Numbered from the stretch's first letter, positions 38,433 through 45,965 are shown. The stretch: DNA of 64,000 nucleotides from Chloroflexota bacterium (GCA_019873735.1 JAIOAQ010000008.1:16651-80650); one strand, 5' to 3'. A program made the numbers and translations. Notes: generated from the sequence alone by a model not told the origin.

Positions 38433-41400
38433 TTATCTCCTCTCGGCATCCGAATCTTTACCGTTAGACTTCTCGGACGGTTCAGGGCTAACCCCTAGCC
38501 TGACCTGCATTCTCCGGGCATTGACCACCCGAGACAGTTCGCTGGCGGTCGTCGCGAGAATCGTTTGCATATCAGTCGAGCGGCGAATCTTGCTGGTTAT
38601 TTCGTAAATCAGGCGCTCGCGTTCTGCCTGCCGACGAATCTGATCCAGCAGGCGGGCATTGGCAATAATCGCCGCCAGGCTGCCGCCCAGGGTTCCCAAC
38701 AGTTCTTCATCGTTTTCGGTGTAGGCGTTAACCTGCTCGCTCTCAACGTTCAGCACACCCAGCACCTCGTTCCGATAAAGGAGCGGGACGGCAAGTTCAG
38801 AACGCGTGTTGGGACTGACTTGAATATAGCGCGGATCGTTTTCGATATTGTCCACCCGCAAGGGTTTACGATGTGCGGCCACCCAGCCAGTAATCCCGGT
38901 GCCGATCGGCACACTTACGTTGGCAACATCCTCTTCCGAATAGCCGATGTAGGCTTTGATTTCGAGCATTTGCTTCTCTTTGTTGAGCAGCATGATGGCT
39001 ACCCGGTCGCCGCCCAGGGTGACCTGCAAACCCTGCGCCGCACTGTAAAGCGCCTCTTCCAATGTGGTTCCAGAGGCCGCCGCAGTGGTGACATGATGAA
39101 GCAGACGGTGCTGCGACAGGTGCTCCTGCGTTTCAGCAAATAATTCGGTGTTGATGACCGCCACTGCCAGCTGGTCGGCCAGAATCTGCAGCGTTTGCAG
39201 GTTGCTCTCGCTGAACGCGTAAGGCAGGTTGCTTTGCACATCCAGTGCTCCCAGAATGCGCTCACCGACCTTGAGAGGGATGGCGGCCTCCGAACGCGTA
39301 TCTGGTAGCAGGGGATTGGCAAAATAGGTGACGTCTTTGGTGGTGTCGTTGACGACCAGGGGTTCACCGCGCCCGGTCACGTAGCCGATGACCGATTTAG
39401 ACCCAACGCCCAGTTTATGACCCATGCGTTTCATCTGTGCCCCGGCATCTCCGGTAGCCTCTCGCACGGTGGCGTATTCTCCGCTTGGATCAATCAGAAA
39501 AACCGCCGCGTGATAGAAGCCAAATCGGTCGCGAATCAAGTTGATGGCGGTATGCAGCAATTCGTCCAGGTTGAGCGATCGGCTGATATCGCGGGCAATT
39601 TCGGCTGCTGTTTGCAATTGAATACTTTGCGTGCGGCTCTCTTCCAGCAGGCGAATATTATGAATGGCTCCTGCCACCTGTGCTGCCACTGCATTCAAGA
39701 AACGCAGGTCGTTTTCATCGAACTGATTTTCGCGTCGGTTATCTTGCAGGATTAACGCGCCAATCGCTTCGCCTCTTGCCAGAAGCGGCGTCCCCAGCCA
39801 GGATTTGGCAGGCTGCCCAATTGTCTTGGCTCCCAGCGCCGCGAGGCGCTTCTCAACGCTCTCCACCAGCATGAGCGGTTGTCTGGTGCGAATCAGGATG
39901 GAGGTGAGCCCCTCGCCCAGAGGGAAGGGTTCCAGCGTTGTGATTTGCCCGTCTTCGTACAGGTAAGGAACAGAGATGCTTTCTTTCTGCCTGTCGTACA
40001 GCGCGATCATGAAACTGTAATCGCCAACGGTCTGACGAATCTGCTCGTGCAGCGTGGTATAGAAAGTCTGCAAATCACTGGCCACCATCACCGACTGGCT
40101 GATGGCTGCCAGGGCCTCCATTTCTGCCAGGCGGCGTTCGATGGAACGCGAAGCATTGATCTTTTCCAGCGAAGTGGCGACAAAGCCGGCCAGGTTGGCG
40201 TAGGGTTGCACATTGGCCGCCGTGAGGCTTCCCTTTTGTGTCGAACCAAGGACAATCAGGGCGGTCAATTGTTCGTTGACGGTGATGGGCAAAAAGGCCG
40301 CCATCTGGCAACCCAACTGGCGGGCATAGCGTATCAGCGTAGTAGGAAGGTTGGACGGTTTGGTCAGGTCGGCCAGCGTCAACCCGGATGCGAGATGAGG
40401 CGCCAGGTCGACAGGAGAAAGATCCAGTTTACGAGATGAAAACTCCACCATTTGTATCCCGGCTGCATCCGTTACAGAGATTGGCTCAAAGGCTTTGCCG
40501 CTGGCGACCAGCACGGCGGAAATGTAAGGAGCGTCAGATAAGACCTGACCGACGCTCTGCAAGACACTTTCTTCGGTTTGCGCTTCGGCAATCTGACGGC
40601 TGGCTCGATACAGGCGTTCCAATTCATTCAGGTTGACCTCGGTGGAGGCGGCCAGTTCAATGTTCTGGATGGCGCTGGCAATCTGGTTTGCCAGGGTTTG
40701 CAGGGTGACAATGGTGGCATCGTCGAAGGCTTCAGGTTCTGTGCTTTGTACATCCAGTGCGCCCAGCACAAGGCTGCCGGCGGCAATCGGAATGCCCACC
40801 TCGGCGCGTGTATCGGGCAGGAGCGGGTTCTTAAAGTGCATGGGGTCTTCGCCAACATCTGAAGCCACGCGCGGTTTGTTGTTCTCGGTTACCCAACCGA
40901 TAATAGACTGCGAACCGACTGCCAGGCTGTGACCGCGCTCGCGCATGGCCTCTGCCGCCGGCCCGTAGACGGCCCGCAGCGTCGCGGTTTTGCCGGCCCG
41001 GTCGAGGAGGAAGACGCCGGCATGGTAGAAGCCAAAACGTTCAACAATCAACTTCACGGTTTTGTTCAGCAGGTCGTCCAGATTGATTGCAGAAGTGATG
41101 TCCTGGGCGACTTCTGCGGCTGTACGAATTTGGCTGGTGCGTTCTTCCACGCGCGCTTCCAGCGATTGATAAAGGGTGCTTAATTCGTCAGCCATGTGGT
41201 TGAACGACCAGGCCAACAAACCGAGTTCGTCATTGCGGCGGCTGGTCAGCCGTTCTTCAAAGTTTCCCTCCGCAAAATGGCGTGTGGTCTCCACCATGTT
41301 AAGCAGAGGCTTGACCAACTGATTCGTACCGACCCACACCACGCCTGCCATGCCTACAATCGTCAATGCAACTAGAATGGCCATGAAAGGCGCCAGGCTG

Positions 41401-42350
41401 TTCAGTTGTTGAAAGACGCGCTCTTCGGGAATCTCAACCACAAGCCCTGTATTGAGGAAGCCCGCCCAGCGGCCGACGGCAATGACCGCTTCGCCATCTG
41501 GGTTGACAAACATGATCAACTCGTCGCCTTTTCCGGCTTGCAGTTTCGAGGCAGATAGCAAGTCGCCTTGTTGAGCAGATGGCTCAAATGCGGCCAGTTC
41601 TTTGCGGTAAGGGTTGATCCCAATGAAATGATTATCAGCGGTGACAAAATACGGCTTGAAACTTCGGTTGAAGGTTGTCAGGTTGTTTAAGATGCTTTGG
41701 ACGTTCTTCTGCTCCGATATGCCTATCAAAGCCCCGTTGCGTCCCCTGACATTGCCAAATTGATTGTATTGTTCAATGGTGATGAAGACAATCTGATCAG
41801 GATAAAGCGGTTCAAAGTTATAGACGGCCAACGTCTCATCATGGGTGGCCTGAATCAGGTCGTAGAATGGCGAGCCGGATATATCTACGCCTTCCCAGGC
41901 GGGGTTGCTTGCAATATGAATGACACCGTCAGCGCGCACAAAGAGGAAGTTGTTAAAGACAGGAGTCCCTTCCTGGCGGTTGACCTTTTCAAAGATGTCA
42001 ACCACGTTGCTTCGCTCTAGTTTGAATTGCAGGGTACCACGGCTCACCGGCAGAGTCTTTTCCAGTGCGTCGGTAAATTCCTTCATGCGAACGATACGAT
42101 TCAGACGTACCGCTTTTGCACGTACCGAGCCTTGCACTTGAGTCATCTGGGATTCCATTGCAGTCTGAATCTGCGCCGAAATCTGGTTTAGCAGCAGGGC
42201 ACGTGCTCGCAGGTAGGCGCTGGCGCCCATGATTAATAGGGGAATGATCGAGACAGCCACCAGCGTGAGGGCCATGGTGCGCGCTAACCGCCCTCGGAAT
42301 TGGGGCCTCTGGTCTTTTTTCGGTTCAGGCGGGACAGGTGAGATTGTCAT
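38433..42350 (-). CDS. Output-less membrane sensor paralog 7 (TM - double-Cache-like - TM - HAMP - five GAF-like domains - tail)
   Basis: The ORF track gives 38433..42461. I place the start at Met38 (42350, MTISPVPPEPKK), 7 nt after the upstream RR stop, because the longer form would overlap that gene by 104 nt. Two family GAFs are present (FYHAGVFLLD and FYHAAVFLID; NPLLPDTRAE/SE), plus three other GAF-like repeats. Confidence 0.8.
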   Translation of the reverse strand: MTISPVPPEPKKDQRPQFRGRLARTMALTLVAVSIIPLLIMGASAYLRARALLLNQISAQIQTAMESQMTQVQGSVRAKAVRLNRIVRMKEFTDALEKTLPVSRGTLQFKLERSNVVDIFEKVNRQEGTPVFNNFLFVRADGVIHIASNPAWEGVDISGSPFYDLIQATHDETLAVYNFEPLYPDQIVFITIEQYNQFGNVRGRNGALIGISEQKNVQSILNNLTTFNRSFKPYFVTADNHFIGINPYRKELAAFEPSAQQGDLLSASKLQAGKGDELIMFVNPDGEAVIAVGRWAGFLNTGLVVEIPEERVFQQLNSLAPFMAILVALTIVGMAGVVWVGTNQLVKPLLNMVETTRHFAEGNFEERLTSRRNDELGLLAWSFNHMADELSTLYQSLEARVEERTSQIRTAAEVAQDITSAINLDDLLNKTVKLIVERFGFYHAGVFLLDRAGKTATLRAVYGPAAEAMRERGHSLAVGSQSIIGWVTENNKPRVASDVGEDPMHFKNPLLPDTRAEVGIPIAAGSLVLGALDVQSTEPEAFDDATIVTLQTLANQIASAIQNIELAASTEVNLNELERLYRASRQIAEAQTEESVLQSVGQVLSDAPYISAVLVASGKAFEPISVTDAAGIQMVEFSSRKLDLSPVDLAPHLASGLTLADLTKPSNLPTTLIRYARQLGCQMAAFLPITVNEQLTALIVLGSTQKGSLTAANVQPYANLAGFVATSLEKINASRSIERRLAEMEALAAISQSVMVASDLQTFYTTLHEQIRQTVGDYSFMIALYDRQKESISVPYLYEDGQITTLEPFPLGEGLTSILIRTRQPLMLVESVEKRLAALGAKTIGQPAKSWLGTPLLARGEAIGALILQDNRRENQFDENDLRFLNAVAAQVAGAIHNIRLLEESRTQSIQLQTAAEIARDISRSLNLDELLHTAINLIRDRFGFYHAAVFLIDPSGEYATVREATGDAGAQMKRMGHKLGVGSKSVIGYVTGRGEPLVVNDTTKDVTYFANPLLPDTRSEAAIPLKVGERILGALDVQSNLPYAFSESNLQTLQILADQLAVAVINTELFAETQEHLSQHRLLHHVTTAAASGTTLEEALYSAAQGLQVTLGGDRVAIMLLNKEKQMLEIKAYIGYSEEDVANVSVPIGTGITGWVAAHRKPLRVDNIENDPRYIQVSPNTRSELAVPLLYRNEVLGVLNVESEQVNAYTENDEELLGTLGGSLAAIIANARLLDQIRRQAERERLIYEITSKIRRSTDMQTILATTASELSRVVNARRMQVRLGVSPEPSEKSNGKDSDAERR

Positions 42351-42357
42351 GGGAAAC

Positions 42358-42834
42358 CTAATGCAGTTCCCATACCGATTCGCCGGCCAGAATACGGCGG
42401 ATTTGGTCTGGGAATCGGTCGGGGTCAAGTGGTTTGCCGAGGAATCCATCAAAGCCGGCATCGCGGGCTTTGTTCATTTGTTCTTGACTGGCCTCTGCGG
42501 TTACGGCCACAATCGGAATATTCTTGAGATGCTCGGTGGCGCGGATTTTTCGCAAAGCACCGTAGCCATCCTCGTAAGGCAGCCGGATATCCATCAGGAT
42601 CAAATCCAGACGTTGCAACGTGTCGGCATATTCGACGACTTCATAGCCGGAAGTTTTCCACTCGCAATGGATGCCCAGGTATCCCAACATGCGGGCAATC
42701 AACACGAAGTTGGAGACATTATCTTCGACCACCAGGACGGTGGCGTCTTTGGGAATCACGGCCTTGCGCGTTGCCTGGCTTTGTCCGCCTTCGGGCTGGT
42801 TTTCTTCTGGCGAGAAAGCAACAAAGGGGTTCAT
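42358..42834 (-). CDS. Single-domain response regulator (REC only)
   Basis: 158 aa. VVEDN acidic pocket, phospho-acceptor context LILMDIRLPYEDG, VAVTA, and GFDGFLGKP lysine. Confidence 0.9.
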   Translation of the reverse strand: MNPFVAFSPEENQPEGGQSQATRKAVIPKDATVLVVEDNVSNFVLIARMLGYLGIHCEWKTSGYEVVEYADTLQRLDLILMDIRLPYEDGYGALRKIRATEHLKNIPIVAVTAEASQEQMNKARDAGFDGFLGKPLDPDRFPDQIRRILAGESVWELH

Positions 42835-42839
42835 AACCT

Positions 42840-43220
42840 TTACCCGCCCTTTCTTATATAGCGTTCCACTTGCTGGGTTAAGATGTCAATATCAATCGGC
42901 TTTTGGATGTAGCCATCGCAACCGGCCTCCAGGGATTTCTCCCGGTCGCCGCGCATGACATTTGCCGTTACTGCTACAATAGGAATCTTTGACATTCCAG
43001 GGGTTGACTTGATTTTTGCCGTTAGTGTGTAGCCGTCAACCTCGGGCATGTTGATATCCATCAAAATCAAGTCGGGTTTTTCGGTTTCAATCATTTTCAT
43101 GGCGTCATTGGCATTGGTTGCTTCAACCACAGTATAGCCATCGGCCATCAACACCCGGCGGACCAACATGCGGTTGTCAAAGTTATCTTCAACGTATAGC
43201 ACTTTGCCTTTGTCTGTCAT
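42840..43220 (-). CDS. Single-domain CheY-like response regulator (REC only)
   Basis: 126 aa. YVEDN, LILMDINMPEVDG, VAVTA, GYIQKP. GGAGG lies 9 nt upstream of the ATG. It is the first gene of the minus-strand block. Confidence 0.9.
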   Translation of the reverse strand: MTDKGKVLYVEDNFDNRMLVRRVLMADGYTVVEATNANDAMKMIETEKPDLILMDINMPEVDGYTLTAKIKSTPGMSKIPIVAVTANVMRGDREKSLEAGCDGYIQKPIDIDILTQQVERYIRKGG

Positions 43221-43390
43221 GGTACACTACCTCCACCCCCTATTTTAAATTGAGCCTTGGCTGGTTATCATAACAGCAACCTTGCAATTTTTTTGAGGCA
43301 TCGATTGGGAAATGTCGCTGCCAGGCAGCCGCCTACACCCCTCTTTGAAAGTCCTGGCGGTTTGCGCCCTTGTGTTATTTGAAGTGGAAC

Positions 43391-43507
43391 GTAATTGCCT
43401 ATCCTTAATCCTCCCGCAGGTTAGAACGGCGCCAGCAAGCAATGCTGGCAATCATGGAGACGTTTTCTGGCTTGGACGTTGCGCCAAAACCTGCGGAAGG
43501 GTAGGCA
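43391..43507 (-). repeat. Intergenic inverted-repeat element, full copy A (~117 nt)
   Basis: The terminal arms GTAATTGCCTATCCTTAATCCTCCCGCAGGTT and AACCTGCGGAAGGGTAGGCAG are reverse complements of each other. The core aligns, in reverse complement, to copy D. Confidence 0.75.
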
Positions 43508-43584
43508 GTCACGGTGGAACAAGAAAAAATACAGCCACCTGGCCGCTTTGGGGGCGCAAGATGGCTATACTTCTGTAATTATTG

Positions 43585-43656
43585 AGCGGGTGATGGGACT
43601 CGAACCCACGACATTTTGCTTGGGAAGCAAACGTTCTACCGCTGAACTACACCCGC
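43585..43656 (-). tRNA. tRNA-Gly (anticodon CCC)
   Basis: The minus-strand sequence GCGGGTG TA GTTC AGCGGTA GAAC G TTTGC TTCCCAA GCAAA ATGTC GTGGG TTCGAGT CCCAT CACCCGC T folds by hand into a canonical cloverleaf. The 3' CCA is not encoded. Confidence 0.9.
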
Positions 43657-43701
43657 ATGCGGCTGGGATTATACCGCCATTTGTTGAGATTGGTCAACTT
43701 T

Positions 43702-45111
43702 TTATTCGCGCGGGTAAGCCTGTTCCAGCCAGTCCAATGGGTCAACCTGTACGCCGTTAACCCATATTTCCCAGTGCAGATGAGCGCCGGTTACCCGGCC
43801 GGTGCCGCCCACCAGGCCAATGACCTCGCCCTGTTCCACGCGTTGGCCCACCTCAACCTTGATTTCGGATTGATGCCAGAACCCGCTGTACACTCCCCAG
43901 CCGTGATCAATAATGGTCGCTTTGCCGCGTACATTCAATTCCTGTGCAAAGACAACAACTCCTGGCGCAGGGGCTGTGATTGGCAGCCCGGTTCCGCCGC
44001 CAAAATCCAGGCCGGTGTGAAAGCCTTCCACTTTGATATCTGTGCCTGTGCCAATATAGGTGCGCCGGTTTCCAAAGCGGGATGTGAAGTAGGTGCTGTC
44101 GGCATATTCCGAAGCCGGCGTGTAGAAGGTATCCCCCCATAAGCGTAGCGGGGTTGCTTCTGCAACCACCGAGTAGATCAGGTCTGTTTCGGGCTGGGTG
44201 ACGGTTGGATCAATGGTGGCCGGTTCTACATAGAGCAATGGGTCGTCTGGATAGTACCCCGATAAAACCAGTACCATTTGCTCAAAAGCCTGCTTTGTCC
44301 CATTTTCCAGTGTGGCCTCCAGGCGCAGGGGATAGATGCCCGGCTCTAGCATGGCATGGATGCCCTGCAGGGCGACGTAGCCGCCCTGTCCATCAGGGAA
44401 GAAATGCAGGGGATGATCCACCAATAATCCCCCCAGGCTGGCGGGCTGCGCCAATTGAACGTGGATTTCGGCCGTGCCGCCTTGCTTCAAAGGCAGGTTG
44501 CTGACTCGGGCCGCGGCAAAGGCTGACGGCAGGCCGTTGGCGGTTTGATCGGATGTCCCGGAGGGGGCATAAAGCACATCGCCGGGCAGGCCAGCCCAGG
44601 TTCCCGCGAGACCGTTGACCTGAACCAGGGCCCAGGGGGCGCTTCCCTGTCGGACGGCTGCTTCAAGCAGCGTCTCGCCGGTGTTCAGTTCAAGCCGTGT
44701 GCCGGAGACAGAGTTCGTTTCAGATTGGGGAATGATGAGGCTGACGCCGGCATACAACTCGCCTGGGCTGACGAGACGGTTCAGTTTTTGTAATATCAAC
44801 GGGGGTGTTTGCGTCCGCCGGCTCAGGCTGCGAAAGTTGTCTCCGTAGGCAACCGTCTCGGCAATCAGTGTGCCGCTGATGCCTTCCAGGCCTGGGATGA
44901 TTAATGACTGTCCTACTGCCAGTTGGTCGGGGTTGGAAATGTTGTTTGCTTGCATCAGTTCAGCCGTGCTGAGGTTGAAGCGCGCGGCAATGCCGGAGAG
45001 TGTGTCTCCCGCCTGGACAATGTATACCGCCCCGCCGGTTTGTGCCATTGCCGGCGCACCGGGCGAGAAGATGATGACCAATGTCAAGATGATGGGGATA
45101 AATTTACGCAT
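43702..45111 (-). CDS. Secreted LysM-domain M23 peptidoglycan metalloendopeptidase
   Basis: Start placed at the Met at 45111 (MRKFIPIILTLVIIFSPGAPAMA signal peptide). LysM motif YIVQAGDTLSGIAARFN. M23 motifs HTGLDF and GAHLHWE. Confidence 0.85.
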   Translation of the reverse strand: MRKFIPIILTLVIIFSPGAPAMAQTGGAVYIVQAGDTLSGIAARFNLSTAELMQANNISNPDQLAVGQSLIIPGLEGISGTLIAETVAYGDNFRSLSRRTQTPPLILQKLNRLVSPGELYAGVSLIIPQSETNSVSGTRLELNTGETLLEAAVRQGSAPWALVQVNGLAGTWAGLPGDVLYAPSGTSDQTANGLPSAFAAARVSNLPLKQGGTAEIHVQLAQPASLGGLLVDHPLHFFPDGQGGYVALQGIHAMLEPGIYPLRLEATLENGTKQAFEQMVLVLSGYYPDDPLLYVEPATIDPTVTQPETDLIYSVVAEATPLRLWGDTFYTPASEYADSTYFTSRFGNRRTYIGTGTDIKVEGFHTGLDFGGGTGLPITAPAPGVVVFAQELNVRGKATIIDHGWGVYSGFWHQSEIKVEVGQRVEQGEVIGLVGGTGRVTGAHLHWEIWVNGVQVDPLDWLEQAYPRE

Positions 45112-45547
45112 TCTCAAAGATGACCTTTTGACCAACCTGGAAATCTTTGAGCCGCTCAGGGCAAATCTCCAGCACATAGCGGGCAGGCGCCTTGGGGAAG
45201 TAAGCCGGCCGCCAGGCCTTGGCGATGCATGTATCCACGATGGTCATTTGATCGTTGATCCAAACAATTCCCAGATCAAACCAGACAAAGAGCATGTGAA
45301 TGGACGCATCAAGCCGGCTTTCTCTGGGCTGAACAAGCAAGAGGCCCTCCGAGGGGGTAAGTTTACGATGAAACATCAAGCCCTTGAGCCGGCAGAGAAA
45401 GGAGGCGCAATACAGGGCGCGAATGGATCGTTGCTTTGTTTGGGCTGTTGTTTTAATGCTGACAAAACGGTGCATAGACACCCCAGGGCATAACAAAATG
45501 GCTGCATGTCGTATCGTATGCAGCCGCCTGGTTTCAGGCACGGGCAA
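45104..45547 (-). CDS. DUF192-family protein
   Basis: Pattern RLKGLMFHRKL ... GLLLV ... IHMLFVWFDLGIVWIN ... ARYVLEI ... VGQKV matches the DUF192 consensus as I recall it. The start is uncertain (Met at 45547 or 45475). The stop overlaps the M23 peptidase start (ATGCGTAA). Confidence 0.6.
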   Translation of the reverse strand: MPVPETRRLHTIRHAAILLCPGVSMHRFVSIKTTAQTKQRSIRALYCASFLCRLKGLMFHRKLTPSEGLLLVQPRESRLDASIHMLFVWFDLGIVWINDQMTIVDTCIAKAWRPAYFPKAPARYVLEICPERLKDFQVGQKVIFENA

Positions 45548-45551
45548 GGTT

Positions 45552-45965
45552 TTAGGCTTCGGACTTTTTGCTCAAAACGCGGTCTACGCTGGCCAGCAGT
45601 TCTTGCGGGCTGAAAGGCTTGGAGATGTAGTCGTCCACTTTGGCAATGTGCAGGCCCAATACCCGGTCAATGCTTTGCGCCTTGGCCGTGACGACAATGA
45701 CGGGGATGTCGCGCGTTTTTTCGTCGGCTTTCATTTGCTGATATACTTCCCAGCCGTCCATGTCGGGCATCATCAGGTCAAGCAAAACCAGGTCGGGCGG
45801 ATCTTGACGTATCATCTCCAGCCCTTCGATGCCGCCGTTTGCCCCCTTGACCTCAAAACCTCGCCGGTTGAGTATCAGACGAATCAGGTCGATCATTTCT
45901 GGTTCGTCTTCGATGCATAAAATTTGTTTGATACCTTTTGGGCTCATAATGACAAAGTTTACCAT
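45552..45965 (-). CDS. Single-domain response regulator (REC only)
   Basis: 137 aa. IEDEPE, LVLLDLMMPDMDG, VVTAK, DYISKP. Confidence 0.88.
   Translation of the reverse strand: MVNFVIMSPKGIKQILCIEDEPEMIDLIRLILNRRGFEVKGANGGIEGLEMIRQDPPDLVLLDLMMPDMDGWEVYQQMKADEKTRDIPVIVVTAKAQSIDRVLGLHIAKVDDYISKPFSPQELLASVDRVLSKKSEA

Noticed and set aside
23150-42350. Reading the seven HAMP-containing sensors as methyl-accepting chemotaxis proteins, histidine kinases or cyclases.
   Set aside because: I looked for the MCP hairpin consensus (LALNAxIEAARAGE-like), H-box (HExxxPL), GGDEF/EAL/HD-GYP, the class III cyclase motif and PP2C motifs, and found none in any paralog. This still needs HMM confirmation.
23150-42350. 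Reading the conserved GAF domains as cNMP-binding or bilin-binding (phytochrome/cyanobacteriochrome) GAFs.
   Set aside because: There is no NKFDE motif, no conserved chromophore Cys or CH motif, and no PHY or PAS2 context. The ligand remains unknown.
42351-42461. The longer N-terminal extension of sensor paralog 7 (ORF-track start at 42461).
   Set aside because: It would overlap the upstream RR gene by 104 nt and encodes non-hydrophobic, unconserved sequence. The Met at 42350 sits 7 nt after the RR stop and directly precedes the charged-then-TM N-terminus.
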